From assembly GCF_004010195.1 (NCBI RefSeq), contig NC_057758.1, positions 4,766,043 to 4,828,042 on the forward strand: a stretch of 62,000 nucleotides of DNA, written 5' to 3'. Shown piece by piece: positions 50,171 through 62,000 of this stretch (position 1 is the first letter of the stretch; each line of letters opens with the position of its first letter). Both the position numbers and the translations under genes were made by a program. This DNA is from Chiloscyllium plagiosum. Lineage: Eukaryota. The notes under the pieces were generated by a model. That model worked only from the letters and a program-made list of their open reading frames with translations, did no database searches and was not told where the DNA came from.

Positions 50171-52924
50171 ACCGTGCTTTCTTCCTAAGATGCTGCCAGA
50201 CTTGTCGCCTTTCATATCTTTTGTATTGCATATCTCATTTCCAGTTGAAAACGTTCACAAAATGTGCCCTGCAGTTTTGACCTCAATATGCAACCCTCAC
50301 CATCATTTGCTTCTTCCTGCTGTTTATAAGCTTCAGCGAAACTGTTTCTGTGTCATCTGAGCGATGTTGGCTGTGGTGAGTTTCAGGGTTGATTCGGCGA
50401 GATGTTTTTTGACGCCTTTCTTGATGTTAAGGTATCCTTGCTGACTCGTGTTCGTTCTTCTCAAGGGGAGTAGTGAGACTCTCCATGGGTCTCCCCTAAT
50501 CCTGGTGGAGTGGCGAGGTCAATGATATCCGTACACTACTGTATATTCCTCCCGATGGCTGAGACTGCTGTAAACTGGATGACAACTTCAGTGCTGGCAA
50601 CTGTGGTCTGGTCTCATGGTCTCCACTCATGGTCCTGGAAAAGGGGATATCCTGCTTGTGACTGGCCCCACCCAAGAGAATCTCCATGTCCATACCCATA
50701 ACGCGGGTTTGGGTAGGGCAGCAATTTCATACTGACTGCCAGATGCAGGCTCTAAGCCAGTGGCTTTCCAGGATAGCTCTGCACGGACTGTGCTTGCACC
50801 AATGCATTATGTCTTTTAAAAGATGGCACTGGTTCCCGGGAGGCCGGATTAGTTCCAGGTGTTATGGTGAGTGTGAAGTTGCTCAGGGAATGGCGTGCAG
50901 TGAGAGGTGGGGCAAATACAACGTGATTCACGCTGTGAGGGCTCGAACGGCAATTAATGTGCGGAGTTTGTTCAGATCCCCTCAGCCTCACGATGTGAAT
51001 CTCTCCCGAGACTCGAATCAACTGACACTTCGTTGGTTCACAGATCTACCCCACCTCCTCTCCATTTTTGTATAATACTCCAAAATGTAGAATGGTTTTG
51101 ATATTTAGTTCCCAATAATGGTCACCTTGTAACCATTTCTCTCTAATACATTAAATCGTATTCAATTTCGTCAATTGGATTGCTCAAACGTTTTTGAGAA
51201 TACAACATAGAATGCATGCCAGTCAACTGTTTGAACCATTATTCCATGTTCCATGGTTGCCTTTATTCCTCATTTTGAACATTCAAGAAACAGCCTGACA
51301 TCATCATACTCACAGAATTTGACCAGATGGGTAATGTTTCATGGAGCAACATCACCATCGCTGGGTGTATCCTGTCCCACAGACAGGACGGACCAAACAG
51401 TGATGGTGGCATTGTGATATACACTCAGAGAAGGTGTTACGCTCTAGTTCCCCAACGTTGATTCCAGAACCCTAGATATCTCATGTTAACAGTTCAAAGG
51501 CCGGTTAAGGAAATCGCCTGATGGTGGCCATTGACTGTCGTCTGCACCTCCCCTCTGTGATAGTTCAATTCGCCTCGATGTTGCAAACAGATCAGAGGAA
51601 GGACTGAGGGTGACAAGGACACAAATCGTACTCTGGATGTGATACTTCAATGTCCTCCACGAAGATTGTCTCCACAGGCACACTACTGACTGAGCAGGGC
51701 GAGTCCTCACATACACAGCAAGCAGACTTTGGGAAGTGATAGGCGAACCGACAAGAGGTAAAGATTTTCAATAAACTACTTGTCACAGATGATCTGTCCC
51801 AATCGACATCTGGCGGAGGTAAAGTCTCAGCCTCGTATTGAACGCACCACCCAAGTTATTATGTGGCACAACCTCCTGAAAAGTATAACATACTTCTAAT
51901 GTTACCAACAAATGAAGACTAGGCATCCATGAGGCACTGTGGGTCATCATCAAAGGCCTTCCCTCCATCATAAAGTCAGAAGTGGGCTGTTCACTGAAGA
52001 TTCCAAAGTGTTCAGTACAATTCACAACGACACCTACATTGAAGCAGTCGATTCAGCCATCAGTGGTTTTAAACAAGGACAGAGCAAGACCATTTAGCTA
52101 TTCGAGTCTGTTTTCCAATAATTTGAGCAGATCTTTTAATCTCCAGGAAAAGGAAGGGACAATTCAGCCTTTCAAAGATGCTACACAGGAATTCGAGGTG
52201 CACGGGTTAATGAAACAGAAGCAAGGATAAATTAGGGATAAAGCAGCCTTTATCGGTTTAACAGAAATGAATGATTTCAGGAGCACAATATCCAGTGTTG
52301 GGTCCTCAAACGTTTTCCACTTATATCATCGGTTCTGATGAATGTTACAGAACATAACGGAGTGAGAGTTTAAATGTTCACTCATATGGATGAGAAATAA
52401 AAAGGCATTATAAGTTCAACTGAATTAGTTAGTTATATGACAATGTTAATTCACTTCACAGAACAAGTCCAGGCAACATAAACCCAGGGGACATATCAGT
52501 TTAACACAGGGCAGAGTGTAGATCACTGCTCGGTCCAACTGGCAATCTGCCCAGAGTTTTCAATTGCGCAGCCGACAGCAATGACTCAATCTGTAATCCA
52601 GGACAAGATATTTGTACTGCACCAGGAAAAATGCGGGCCACAGTAGCACATTTATATCGAGGCAACCTGGAGTGAAGCAGTTTGGAAGAAATTGAGATGA
52701 ATTTTATTGCACTTCCTCTAACTTTCAATGCTTTTATGTACTCTTCCAAATCATACAGGGCAATGATTCACAACTCCAGAAACAAACCATGTGGTAGCGT
52801 ACGGATCACCAGTGGGCATGCGCATCTTGCTCTGTTAATATGAAGGAATTGGAAGGAATCTAACGTAACTGTCCTGAGTCTCCAAAATCATTCCTTGCTG
52901 AATGAAACAGCCGTGAAATGATCT

Positions 52925-53665
52925 AAAGATGGCGGCAAAATCGGGGATGCTCCGTCCATTCTGTTTCGATTTCATTTGTTTTTTCAAACTTCTTTCAAAC
53001 TTCTAACCTTTAATATTTACTCAGAAAGGAATGCAGAGGCGAGTACCGGATTTAAGTCTACCTCATGGAGGCAAGTCCTGTACATGAGTCTCAGACTGGA
53101 GGCTGGTGCGGGGACCAAAGCACTGGAAATGAATCCCAGACCAGACGGTGGTGCGGGAGGTAAGTGCTGGAGATGATTCTCGGACCAGAGGCCGGTGTGC
53201 GGAGGAAGGTGCTGGTGGCGAATTCCAGGCTGGCGTGGGGTGGCAAGGCACGGAGGTGAGGCCCAGACTGGAAGCTGGCGTTGGAAACGAGACCCAGACC
53301 GCTGTGGGAAATGATACCAGCGTGTTTCCCAGACTGGAAGCTGGCACAGGAAATGAGTCCCAACTGGAGACTGGCGTGAGGAGGCGAGGTCTGAAAATTT
53401 TGAAGTCTGACTTTATGTGAAGATATGGCCCGGTGCTGCCTCGAGTCTCAGTGCTGATACATATTGTGGTGAAAGGAGTTTAAATCGAATCTGTTCTTTA
53501 CTCCTTGATATTCTTATGCTGGACTTTCATTGTTTATTCTTTCACCTTTGTTGAAATACTGTATCTAGTTTTCTTTTACCTAAAGTCACACCACAGGTGA
53601 TGGCATTACAAACGTTTCACTGCACTCATTAGAGTACACGTGACGATAAAGCTAATTTAATTCAT
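52925..53665 (+). mobile_element. Probable non-autonomous retroelement with degenerate internal ~30-bp tandem units
   Basis: Begins AAGATGGCGGC; repeated CCAGACTGGA(A/G)GCTGG units at 53090-53380; LINE-like 3' end TTTCACTGCACTC..GTACACGTGACGATAAA. Similar ends occur on the minus strand at ~54630-54690 and ~58170-58230. Confidence 0.5.
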
Positions 53666-53719
53666 ATGGAGGAGAGTCACTATCTTTGAGCCCTCTTTTT
53701 CAAACAAAGCTGTTGCTCG

Positions 53720-53753
53720 TGCAGTGACGTGAAGTCTCCAGCAGAGGGTAGCA
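53720..53753 (+). promoter_or_regulatory. CTCF-like binding site with upstream motif
   Basis: Core CCAGCAGAGGGTAGC at 53738, with TGCAGTGAC starting 18 bp upstream. Confidence 0.5.
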
Positions 53754-54049
53754 TTACATCACTTTAAACACAAGAGAGAGAGAGAGAGAGTGACAATGAC
53801 AAGGAATATTTTGATGGCCATTTCAATGGATTCACTCCCGAAACAACAGCCAAGGAATTGCTCAGGAAGTTACACTCAGAGAGGAGCACATTGATACACT
53901 AAAGCGCGCACACAAAGACTCAGGCAAATAGAGATACACATACACAACCATAAACACTCAGATATCTGTATGCATTCTGTTCCTCAAGCCTGCCTTGCCA
54001 TCCAATAACATCATTTCACATGTAATCCTGGCCTCAACTTTACTTCCTC

Positions 54050-55760
54050 TTGTGAAATATGGCAGGGCAAGGTTAGACGTGTGGCTGTAATTTGATTCGT
54101 ATGAAATTAGTCTGGAAAAGGACAAAACTGGTCCAGAAGTGAAAGTTATACATTGGGCAAGGCCAATTTTGATGGTACTAGGTAGAAACTTTCCAAAGTT
54201 GTTTGGGGAAGCTCCTGCAGTCAAAAAGCAGTCTAGAAAGTGGGAGTATTTGATAAGTAGACTAAAGGGAGTTCAAGGACAGCACGTCCCTGCGTATGTG
54301 ATGGGCAATACAGGCAGGAGTATGGATCAGTAAATGACAGGGGATATTGAGACTCTATCAAGAAGAAAAAAGGAAGCAGGAAAATTTCAGGTGTAAGCGA
54401 CAGGGATCAAGTGAATCCCTTGAGGAGCATACGGTGTGTAGGAGTACACTTACAAAGGAAATCAGGACGGGAAAATGGGGGCATGAGATGGCTTTGCAAA
54501 AAGGCTGAGGGAAATCGAAAGGGATTTGAAATTGATGTTAAGGGCAAAGAGAAACTAGGTGGAGAATAGGTTCCGTTAAAAATCAAAGAGCCATCTACGT
54601 GTGAAACCTCAGGAGATGAATTAGGTTTATTAGTTTTATTGTCATATACTCACATGAATACGGTAAAATGTTTGCAAGTCGCCACCGGTGACACAATCTT
54701 ACGTTCAAAGGTACACCCAGGTACACAATCTTTTTACAAAGCGAAAAAAAAACGAAAAGAAGCTAAAATACAAAGCATTACATTCCTTCCAGTAATTAAG
54801 GAAAAACAAAGAGACACAAGTTAACAGTTCAACAACAGCCTCCATATGCATCTGGGCATGCTGGGTTCACAATCCTCACACAGGCTCAACATGCTCCATT
54901 CCCCTGCCTTAGAGGTTGCTCCTGCTAGATAGGTGAGATCCTACACAAATATATTGGTCAGTATTTACCGTGTTTGAATACATGGAAGCGAGCAATAGTC
55001 GATTCTCCTGCTTCTCGGATGCTCCCTGAACTGCTGTGCTTTCCCAGCATCACGCTCTCGACGCTGATGTCCAGCATCTGCAGTCCTCTCTATCTCCCAG
55101 GACAGTGCCGTTGAACAGAGAGACTTAGGGTTGCAGGTGCATAGTTCTTTAAACGTCACATCACAGCTAGACACAGCAATGAAGAAGGGTGTAAGACACG
55201 TTTGCCTTTATCAGCCCGAGCATTGAGCGTAGAAGTTGAGACATTGTCTTGTGGCTGTAGAAGACAATAGTAAGGCCGCATTTGGAGCCTGAGTACAATT
55301 TTTTGTCGCATTCTGGATGAAGGATGGTATAAGCTAAAAAAGGGTGCAAAAACAATTAAAATGGTGTGACGGAGACTGCGATATGAGGATGAGTTTTTCT
55401 GAATTTTGCATAGTATGTTAAGAGGTGACCTGAAAGAGTGTTATAAAATTATGAGGCTCATGGATAGGAAGTAGAGCGCAGTCTTTTCTCCAGGAGTCCA
55501 AGACGAGAGGGCATAGGCTTAAACTCAGGGAAGAAGGATTGAAGTAAACCTGAGGGCTACCTCTTCCACACAGAGGTTGGTGCATACACGGAATAAGCTG
55601 CCACAGGAAGTGTTACAGGTGAGTACATTTGCAACATTGAAAAGACGTGGGTTGGAAAGGTTTACAGGGTATGGATCAAACTTGGGTACTTGAGATTTGT
55701 GCAGTTTAAGAAATCTGTGGTTCAAAGGGTTTGTTTCCATATTATATGATTCAACATGGC
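54050..55760 (+). mobile_element. Degraded CR1-type LINE with nested insertions
   Basis: Linker region homologous to 590-988 at 54.1-54.6 kb; RDLGLQVHSSL, VRPHLE and TRGHRLKLR remnants at 55.1-55.6 kb. Confidence 0.7.
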
Positions 55761-58689
55761 TCTGACGCTCACTCCTGTACCATGATCAATTAATTGTGGC
55801 CCTCAATGAATTTCTAAGTCAAAACCCCTCTTTAAATGCGAACAACGATGTAGCTCTCTGACCTTTCTTCAATAGAGTGTACCTGACATTGACATGACGC
55901 TTTAGACCACAGCAGTAGCTGAAGCAGAGTTGTGTTAAACCACAATGCATAAAGTTTTGCGTGGGACGATCTCTCCGTCTAATAAAACCATCAAGCCGAT
56001 TGATGGTTCAGTGGCGAGTGTGTGGAAACATGCCAGGGTCAAAACCATGTTTAGCTAAAACTGACGACAACCGGTTAAAGGTACCACATTTGACTGCTAG
56101 CAGAGTAACATCTGATAGAGAAGGCGAAATGATCCCAAGACCAACAGACCAGATCGAAGCTCAGCAGTCCTGCCACATCCAGTCATAATTGGTGATCGAC
56201 GATTAAGCAATTAATTGAAGGAGAGGCCGCCACAAATATCCTCATCATAATAATGGAACAGCCATGCACATCGGTATAAAAGTAAAGGATGTAATATCTG
56301 TACCATAGTAAGACAGAAGTGTTGAGTGGATAATTCAACTCATACTTGTAAGGATGTCTACAGAATCCCAGATGCCCGTCTTTAACCAATTCGATTCGCT
56401 GCACGTGAAATCAAGACACACCTCAACACCATAGATACGACAAAGGAAACACAAAATAAACTCGAGTGTCAGAGGTTCTGCACGCACTTAGAGCTGGCTG
56501 TGAGGAAGCTTGCTTAGTGTGTGAAGGACTCTCCATTTCTGTTGCGGGGGGGGGTGACCTCTGAACTGTCTGGATCACAGAGCCAGAAAAAGAAAGAAAA
56601 ATAGATAATATAATGGCAATATTCGCTGACACCATTCCTGCAATAGGACCGAATGTTTGCACAGCACAATAAGCCGTATTCCTGGGGAAACACTTTCATT
56701 GCAGCTCCTACTCTGACATGTCCCTGGCAATGTGAAAACTTACTCAACTATGTCCAACCCACTCAGTGGAGAATAATTACAGTCTGACCAACTGCCAACA
56801 CTCAGTCCCATCACGATAGCCAAATTAGTTAAAGTTGTTTCTGACAGTGGTGTTCAGGCAGCACAGATATAACCTGCTTCGTTGGATTTCAGATAGGTCC
56901 CCATATGAAGATGGTGCTGCTTTGTAAATGGTAATAATCGAGAACAGACGAATGCTTTGGCAGCTGGTGGAAGTTAAAAACAATTTATAAAGTATCAGAA
57001 TCTAAAATCTGTTGTAAGTAGTAGTGATCTTGAAACCAATGTCGATTGTAAACATGAATTTGCTTCTTCAAAATACTTTCAACAAGCAAATCTCCCATAC
57101 TTTCCGGGTCTGGCCGAAACGTGACTACAAAAACACAGACGTGTGATAACCCTTCAATGTTCTTTGGAACGGCCAAGCAAGACACACAATTTTATGAAAT
57201 TGTTCCGATAAAACTGGGAAAAAAACACTCGGCCCCAGCCTGAGCATCGGAAAAGGAAAGGGGAAACACAGGCAGGTCGACAGTGCAGAGACTTCCTTGC
57301 AAACATCTGAGAGCTTCTGACAACACTAGCATTGCTTTCCCACAGACTGCACAGATACACCAGGAAAGGAGTACGCCAATCAGTACATTCAACCTCCCCT
57401 ATTCTAGTTCATGGACGAACATCTCTTCAATGCACTTTTCCCACTCAAAGTACACATCCCTTAAAGTGATTATAAATAAAAAAAAGTTTTCTCTCCTTGC
57501 CTTAAGTGTCTAGAAATACCTAATTATATTCCATAGCTCTACGTGGTAGTGAATTCCCCAATTCAACAGTCTCCGAGTGCAGACATTTATTCTTATCTCA
57601 ATGCAGAAACAAAGGACCACAGTATGAGGTACTGGGAGCCACTCTGCATTGATATGAGAATAAATGTCTGCACTCAGAGACTGGTCAATCTGGGGAAGTC
57701 TCCACCACATAAGGCTGTGGATGACAACGTACTGAATGTAAATAAGGAGTTCTGGACAATATAGCGATGAAGGTTGAACAGGGGTTTTGTGTGGAGACAG
57801 AAGATCAGCCATCAGTAAGCTGAATGGGGGAGATAATGCAATGGACTGAAGGGACTAATGCAGTTCCTATTTTACATTTTTTCTCAATGGTCAATTACAG
57901 TAAGTTTCATAATGGGAGAGTTGACAAAAAAAAGTAAATTTCAAGGTGGGGTGCAGTTTAAGGGAAAGCTCTTTAGACAGAGAATAGTGCCAGCTGGGAA
58001 CACGTTACCAGCGAAGGTGGTAGAGACGGGCACGATAGCATCCTTTATAATCTATCTAGGCAGATGCATGAATGGGCAGTTCGTAGAGGGATACAGGTTC
58101 ATGGGGAATTGGCAATAGGTGTAGATATAGGATCTGTATCGGCGCAGGCATCGATGCTGATTTTAATGTCAGATTCACTTGACAGTAGAAATAGTGTAAA
58201 ATGCAGTGAAGGGCTTTCATTCGTCTTCACATAAAGGCAAATACTTTAAGAACACAGAAAAATGAAAGGTATAGGTTGAAGAGAGTCTCTTGGTCCTGAG
58301 TACCTCATCACCGTCAAAGACCTCTGTGCTGCCGTCCATCTATAATGGCATCACTGCAGGGTTTATTTTCCTCCACCAATGCTTCAGTACCTCCAATGCC
58401 AGACCCAACAAGTTCAGAGTCGCAACTCTCACCGCTGGGCCCAACTCATCGCTGTTGCTGTGATGCCCTTCCACAACTGTCTCACTGTTGCTTGTGTCGG
58501 CCTCAACCAACAACAAGTTTGCTGATCCTCAGCCTTCGACCTTTGTGTCTGGCCCGAAATCCCCAAAGTCGCCTCTGCCGAGGTAGCAGCCACCAATTCC
58601 AAGTCCACGACTCGCTCCGGACAAGCAAGTAGGGACAGACGTTGCCCCACACTTGACTTACTCGTGGTACGCATCCTAGCCCCCGCTCG

Positions 58690-60690
58690 ACGTCTGCTCT
58701 ATCGGCTCTGCTACATTATATCCACTCTGTCCATGCCCCTTCATAATCTTCTCCTTCTAAATTATGCCCATCTTAGCCTTCACACCTCCAAAGCAAACAA
58801 CCCGGGCTTATTCTCTTCATTGCTGATATGCTTCATCCCATGGAAAATTCTGGATAACTTCTTGGCACGGCTGACAGTGGAATAACATCCTTCGTGTAAT
58901 GTGGTGACCAGAACTACACAGATTTGTCTTTGTCTAATCAAAGTCCGCTATATCTCTTATAATCTGCACCTAGGTGAATAAAGTCTGTGCCTCTGCCTAT
59001 GATCCTCAATGACTGCTTAACTGTCCTATCCTTATCAGTCACATTCAGGGATCTGTGGAGAAGCACCACTTCCTCATATGCTGCCATTCATTGAGTAATC
59101 CGCTCTCTGGCTCCTTCTTCTGAACTGCATCATCTATTTATCAGGGTGATAGTCAATCCACAATTAATCAGCCGAACTGTCCATTGCATCTATGACTTCG
59201 TTCAGAATTACACCTCCCTCCTCACTGCCAACTACCTGGACAATTTTTATGTCAAACACAAACTTACTTATCATAATCCCCTCACGACTGCCCCCACCTC
59301 CAGATCTATATCTTTGTTGAATACCAAAAATAATAAGAGACACAACACCGATCCCTCTGATTCGCCAGCGGACCCTGATCTCTCGTGACATAAACAACCT
59401 TCTACTAGCGCCCTCTGTCTCCTGTCACCAACATCATGTTCGGTGTAACTTGCACAGTTACACTTGATAACAAGAGATTATACTTTACTTATCAGTTTCC
59501 CACGTGGGGCTTTGTCAAAGGCCTTGCTAAAAGAAAACATACAAACAAGCGCCTCGGAAAATAATCAAACACAGTTGCTCGGAATCGCCACCCTCTGGTA
59601 CCTTCATGCTGATTATTCCTGATCAAAACATGCTTCTTAATGGATGTTGATTTTCTCCTTCGCTATTTTCTACAATAATTTCCCATCGCTGATCTGATAT
59701 ACACTTGTCTATATTTCCCTGATCTATGTTCACCACCCTTCCTGTATACAGGAAACGCATTAGCTGTTCTCCAGCTCTCTACCAGCTCCACTTTGGCCAA
59801 ATTCTACTTAAACATTTGGCTCCTTGCTTTTCCTCCGCGGTCTCCCATATCATCTTAGATGCAAATCATCCAGACCTGAGGATTTGTGCAATTTTAAATC
59901 AACCAATGCTATTAATCGCCCCTCGCATCTTGTATCAATCTGTTCAAGAGCTTCCCAGTCCATCTTCTCGAGTACTTTGCTACATCTTTCTACTCCTAAG
60001 TAAGATACAAAGCTCTCATGTGGCAATAGGACAATGCTCTTCAGCTTGACGCAGATTGTCTTCTTGGTTTCTAATGGGCCCGAATTGTTTCCTGGTTAAT
60101 CTTCTGCTTTTGGTGTACTTATAGAATATCTTGGGAGTCTCCCGAATCTTGCCTGGAAGCACTCTGCATGCCCCCATGTTAGCCAATCCCATTTGTGTGA
60201 ATTTTCTATGTTTCATTGCGAACACCTCTCATTCTTTCGAAGTCTAGAGGTCACAGGCCGAGTTTCCTCCTCGGACAATCTTGCCATCAAACAGAGAAAA
60301 TAGAACTTTGCAGCACAGGAAAGGCCACTTCAGCCCACAACATTGTGCTGAACATGACACCAAATGAAATTGTTCCTTTGGACTGCCCTTAGCCCATAAG
60401 CGTTCCTTTAATGCCCTAATAGTGTCTTCCGCCAACACCACCCCTGGAAGCACGTTCCAGACACCTACCACACTCTGTAAAACACTTGCTCGTCACGTCT
60501 CCTCTGAACTTGCCCCTCTCACATTAAATACATATCCCCTAGTATTAGACATTTCAACTCTGGTAAAAATAATCTCACTGTCAACCCGATCTATACTTCT
60601 CATAATTTCATAGACTTCTATTAAGTCTCCCGTCCGCCCTTACTGCTCCAAAGAAAACAATTCGATTTCTTCTAGCCTCTCGTTATGGAG
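58690..60690 (-). mobile_element. Degraded CR1-type LINE fragments
   Basis: KIRETPKIFYKY (60016-60225), FSKAFDK (~59530), ISKFVFDIK and VGVWNVLPGVV remnants. Confidence 0.7.
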
Positions 60691-62000
60691 GAGTGTGGCA
60701 GCTGCATTGAAGGCATTTCAGAAAAGTACCTCTAGATTGATTTCAGTGATGAGGAGTCTGTTTTATGGAGAGAGATTGGGCAGTTCAAGTCTATACTCTC
60801 TAGGGTATAGAAGCGTGAGAGCAGAAGATGCTGAAGGTGATTGACAATGTGGATGTGGAGTGGATATTTCCTCATGTGGGCCGATTAAGAACAAGAGATC
60901 ATAGTTACAGGACAAGGCAAACAGATTTCAAAGTGGCGTGACGCGAACGTATGTGTCCAAAACTGTTGTGAATCTGCACAATTCGCTACCGCAGACTGCA
61001 GCGCATGTTGTGACAATGAGTAAATAAGGGTACGGTGAGCGAGCAGAAATGTGGAACTGAGGCTGCAATGACATCAGCCAATGTCACATTAAACCGCCGA
61101 GCAGACTCGAGGCTCTGAATTACTGCCTGCCGCTCTTTGTTCGCATTCAACTCTTCAAATGTGCTCCACAGGAATGCGAGAGGACTGGTTATCAAACAGG
61201 AGGCAGGTATTCCGGATAAATCAATCTTGATACTTTTGAGGGGCCAGTGGAGTCACACAGTGATAGTGCGAGGTACTCAACTATTTGCAATGTATGTCAA
61301 TGATTTGGAGGGGTGGATCAAAGGTACAGTAACTGCGTTTGGTGATAGTACTAAGATAAGCAGGAAATTAAAACATCATGAGAAGGTCGACAGACTGCAA
61401 AAGAATAGAGAGGTAAAGCCAATGGATAATAGTTAGCAGGTGATATTTCAAGTGTCCTTGCTGTTTTCTAAGACAGAAAGGAAGGCAGTATGCTACTGAA
61501 ATGAAGAGAAATTAAAGGACTTCTGGTTATATCGTCCTCTACTGCTTCGGAAGTTCTGGATCATAGAAGCAGCCACTTGCAGCATGGTTTCTCCCCCCCC
61601 CTCCACGCTCCCCCCCCCCCCCCACCGATATGAAGCTGCAGATCGTGTTGGAGGAGGCGACATCGCTCTGTGACCAGGTCCTTTTTCAATCAGGGCTCCT
61701 TCATATTCTGCTTGGTGGTTACGTTTAGCTTTGGAAGCTGTTCATGGGAAAGCCGGCCTTGGATACAAATCATTCCTTCCAGACATGCCCCATCCCCTTT
61801 AGCACACGCACGCACACTCAGATGTGCTGTTGGCATTACGATCTAGAAGAAGGCATTCAACAAGGTTCCAGATGGTAGACTGTTTAGCAAGATTAGATAA
61901 ACTCGGAGAACTCGCGCTTTAGCAGGAAGGTAGGACACCGAGAGAGATGTTGGAGTATTACTTTACAGACTGGAGGACAGCGATCAGTGATGTGCAGTAA

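Overview
Repeat-dense vertebrate genomic DNA, almost certainly from a shark or other cartilaginous fish. The taxon is inferred from about 11 tRNA-headed HE1-type SINEs with (AATCT)n tails, many CR1-clade LINE fragments, Penelope remnants, and GPCR remnants of a type expanded in sharks. The main result is absent from the ORF track: an apparently intact two-exon beta-defensin-like gene on the minus strand (exon 1 17433-17337, exon 2 15984-15851). It encodes the 76-aa precursor MWKAYLILVGLIVLNKSSKSDEGIGARAVIRGTCERHNGVCRTGWCPPNEDELPWKCSANVRCCKVRPVGEPYFLP and has a TATA-like box, a phase-1 GT-AG intron and an AATAAA signal. About 2.3 kb upstream is a 65 x 54-bp minisatellite with no G on the plus strand, which explains the two giant ORFs. 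Beyond it lie a GPR139-like class A GPCR pseudogene, whose exon 2 is split by a SINE, and a second paralogous dead exon 1. Other items are a decayed Gmr1-type Ty3/Gypsy element (integrase before RT), palindromic mini-elements with hammerhead-ribozyme cores, a possible 5'-inverted LINE and a CTCF-like site. Most remaining ORFs are repeat-derived. All family assignments are by eye, and boundaries of old repeats are approximate.
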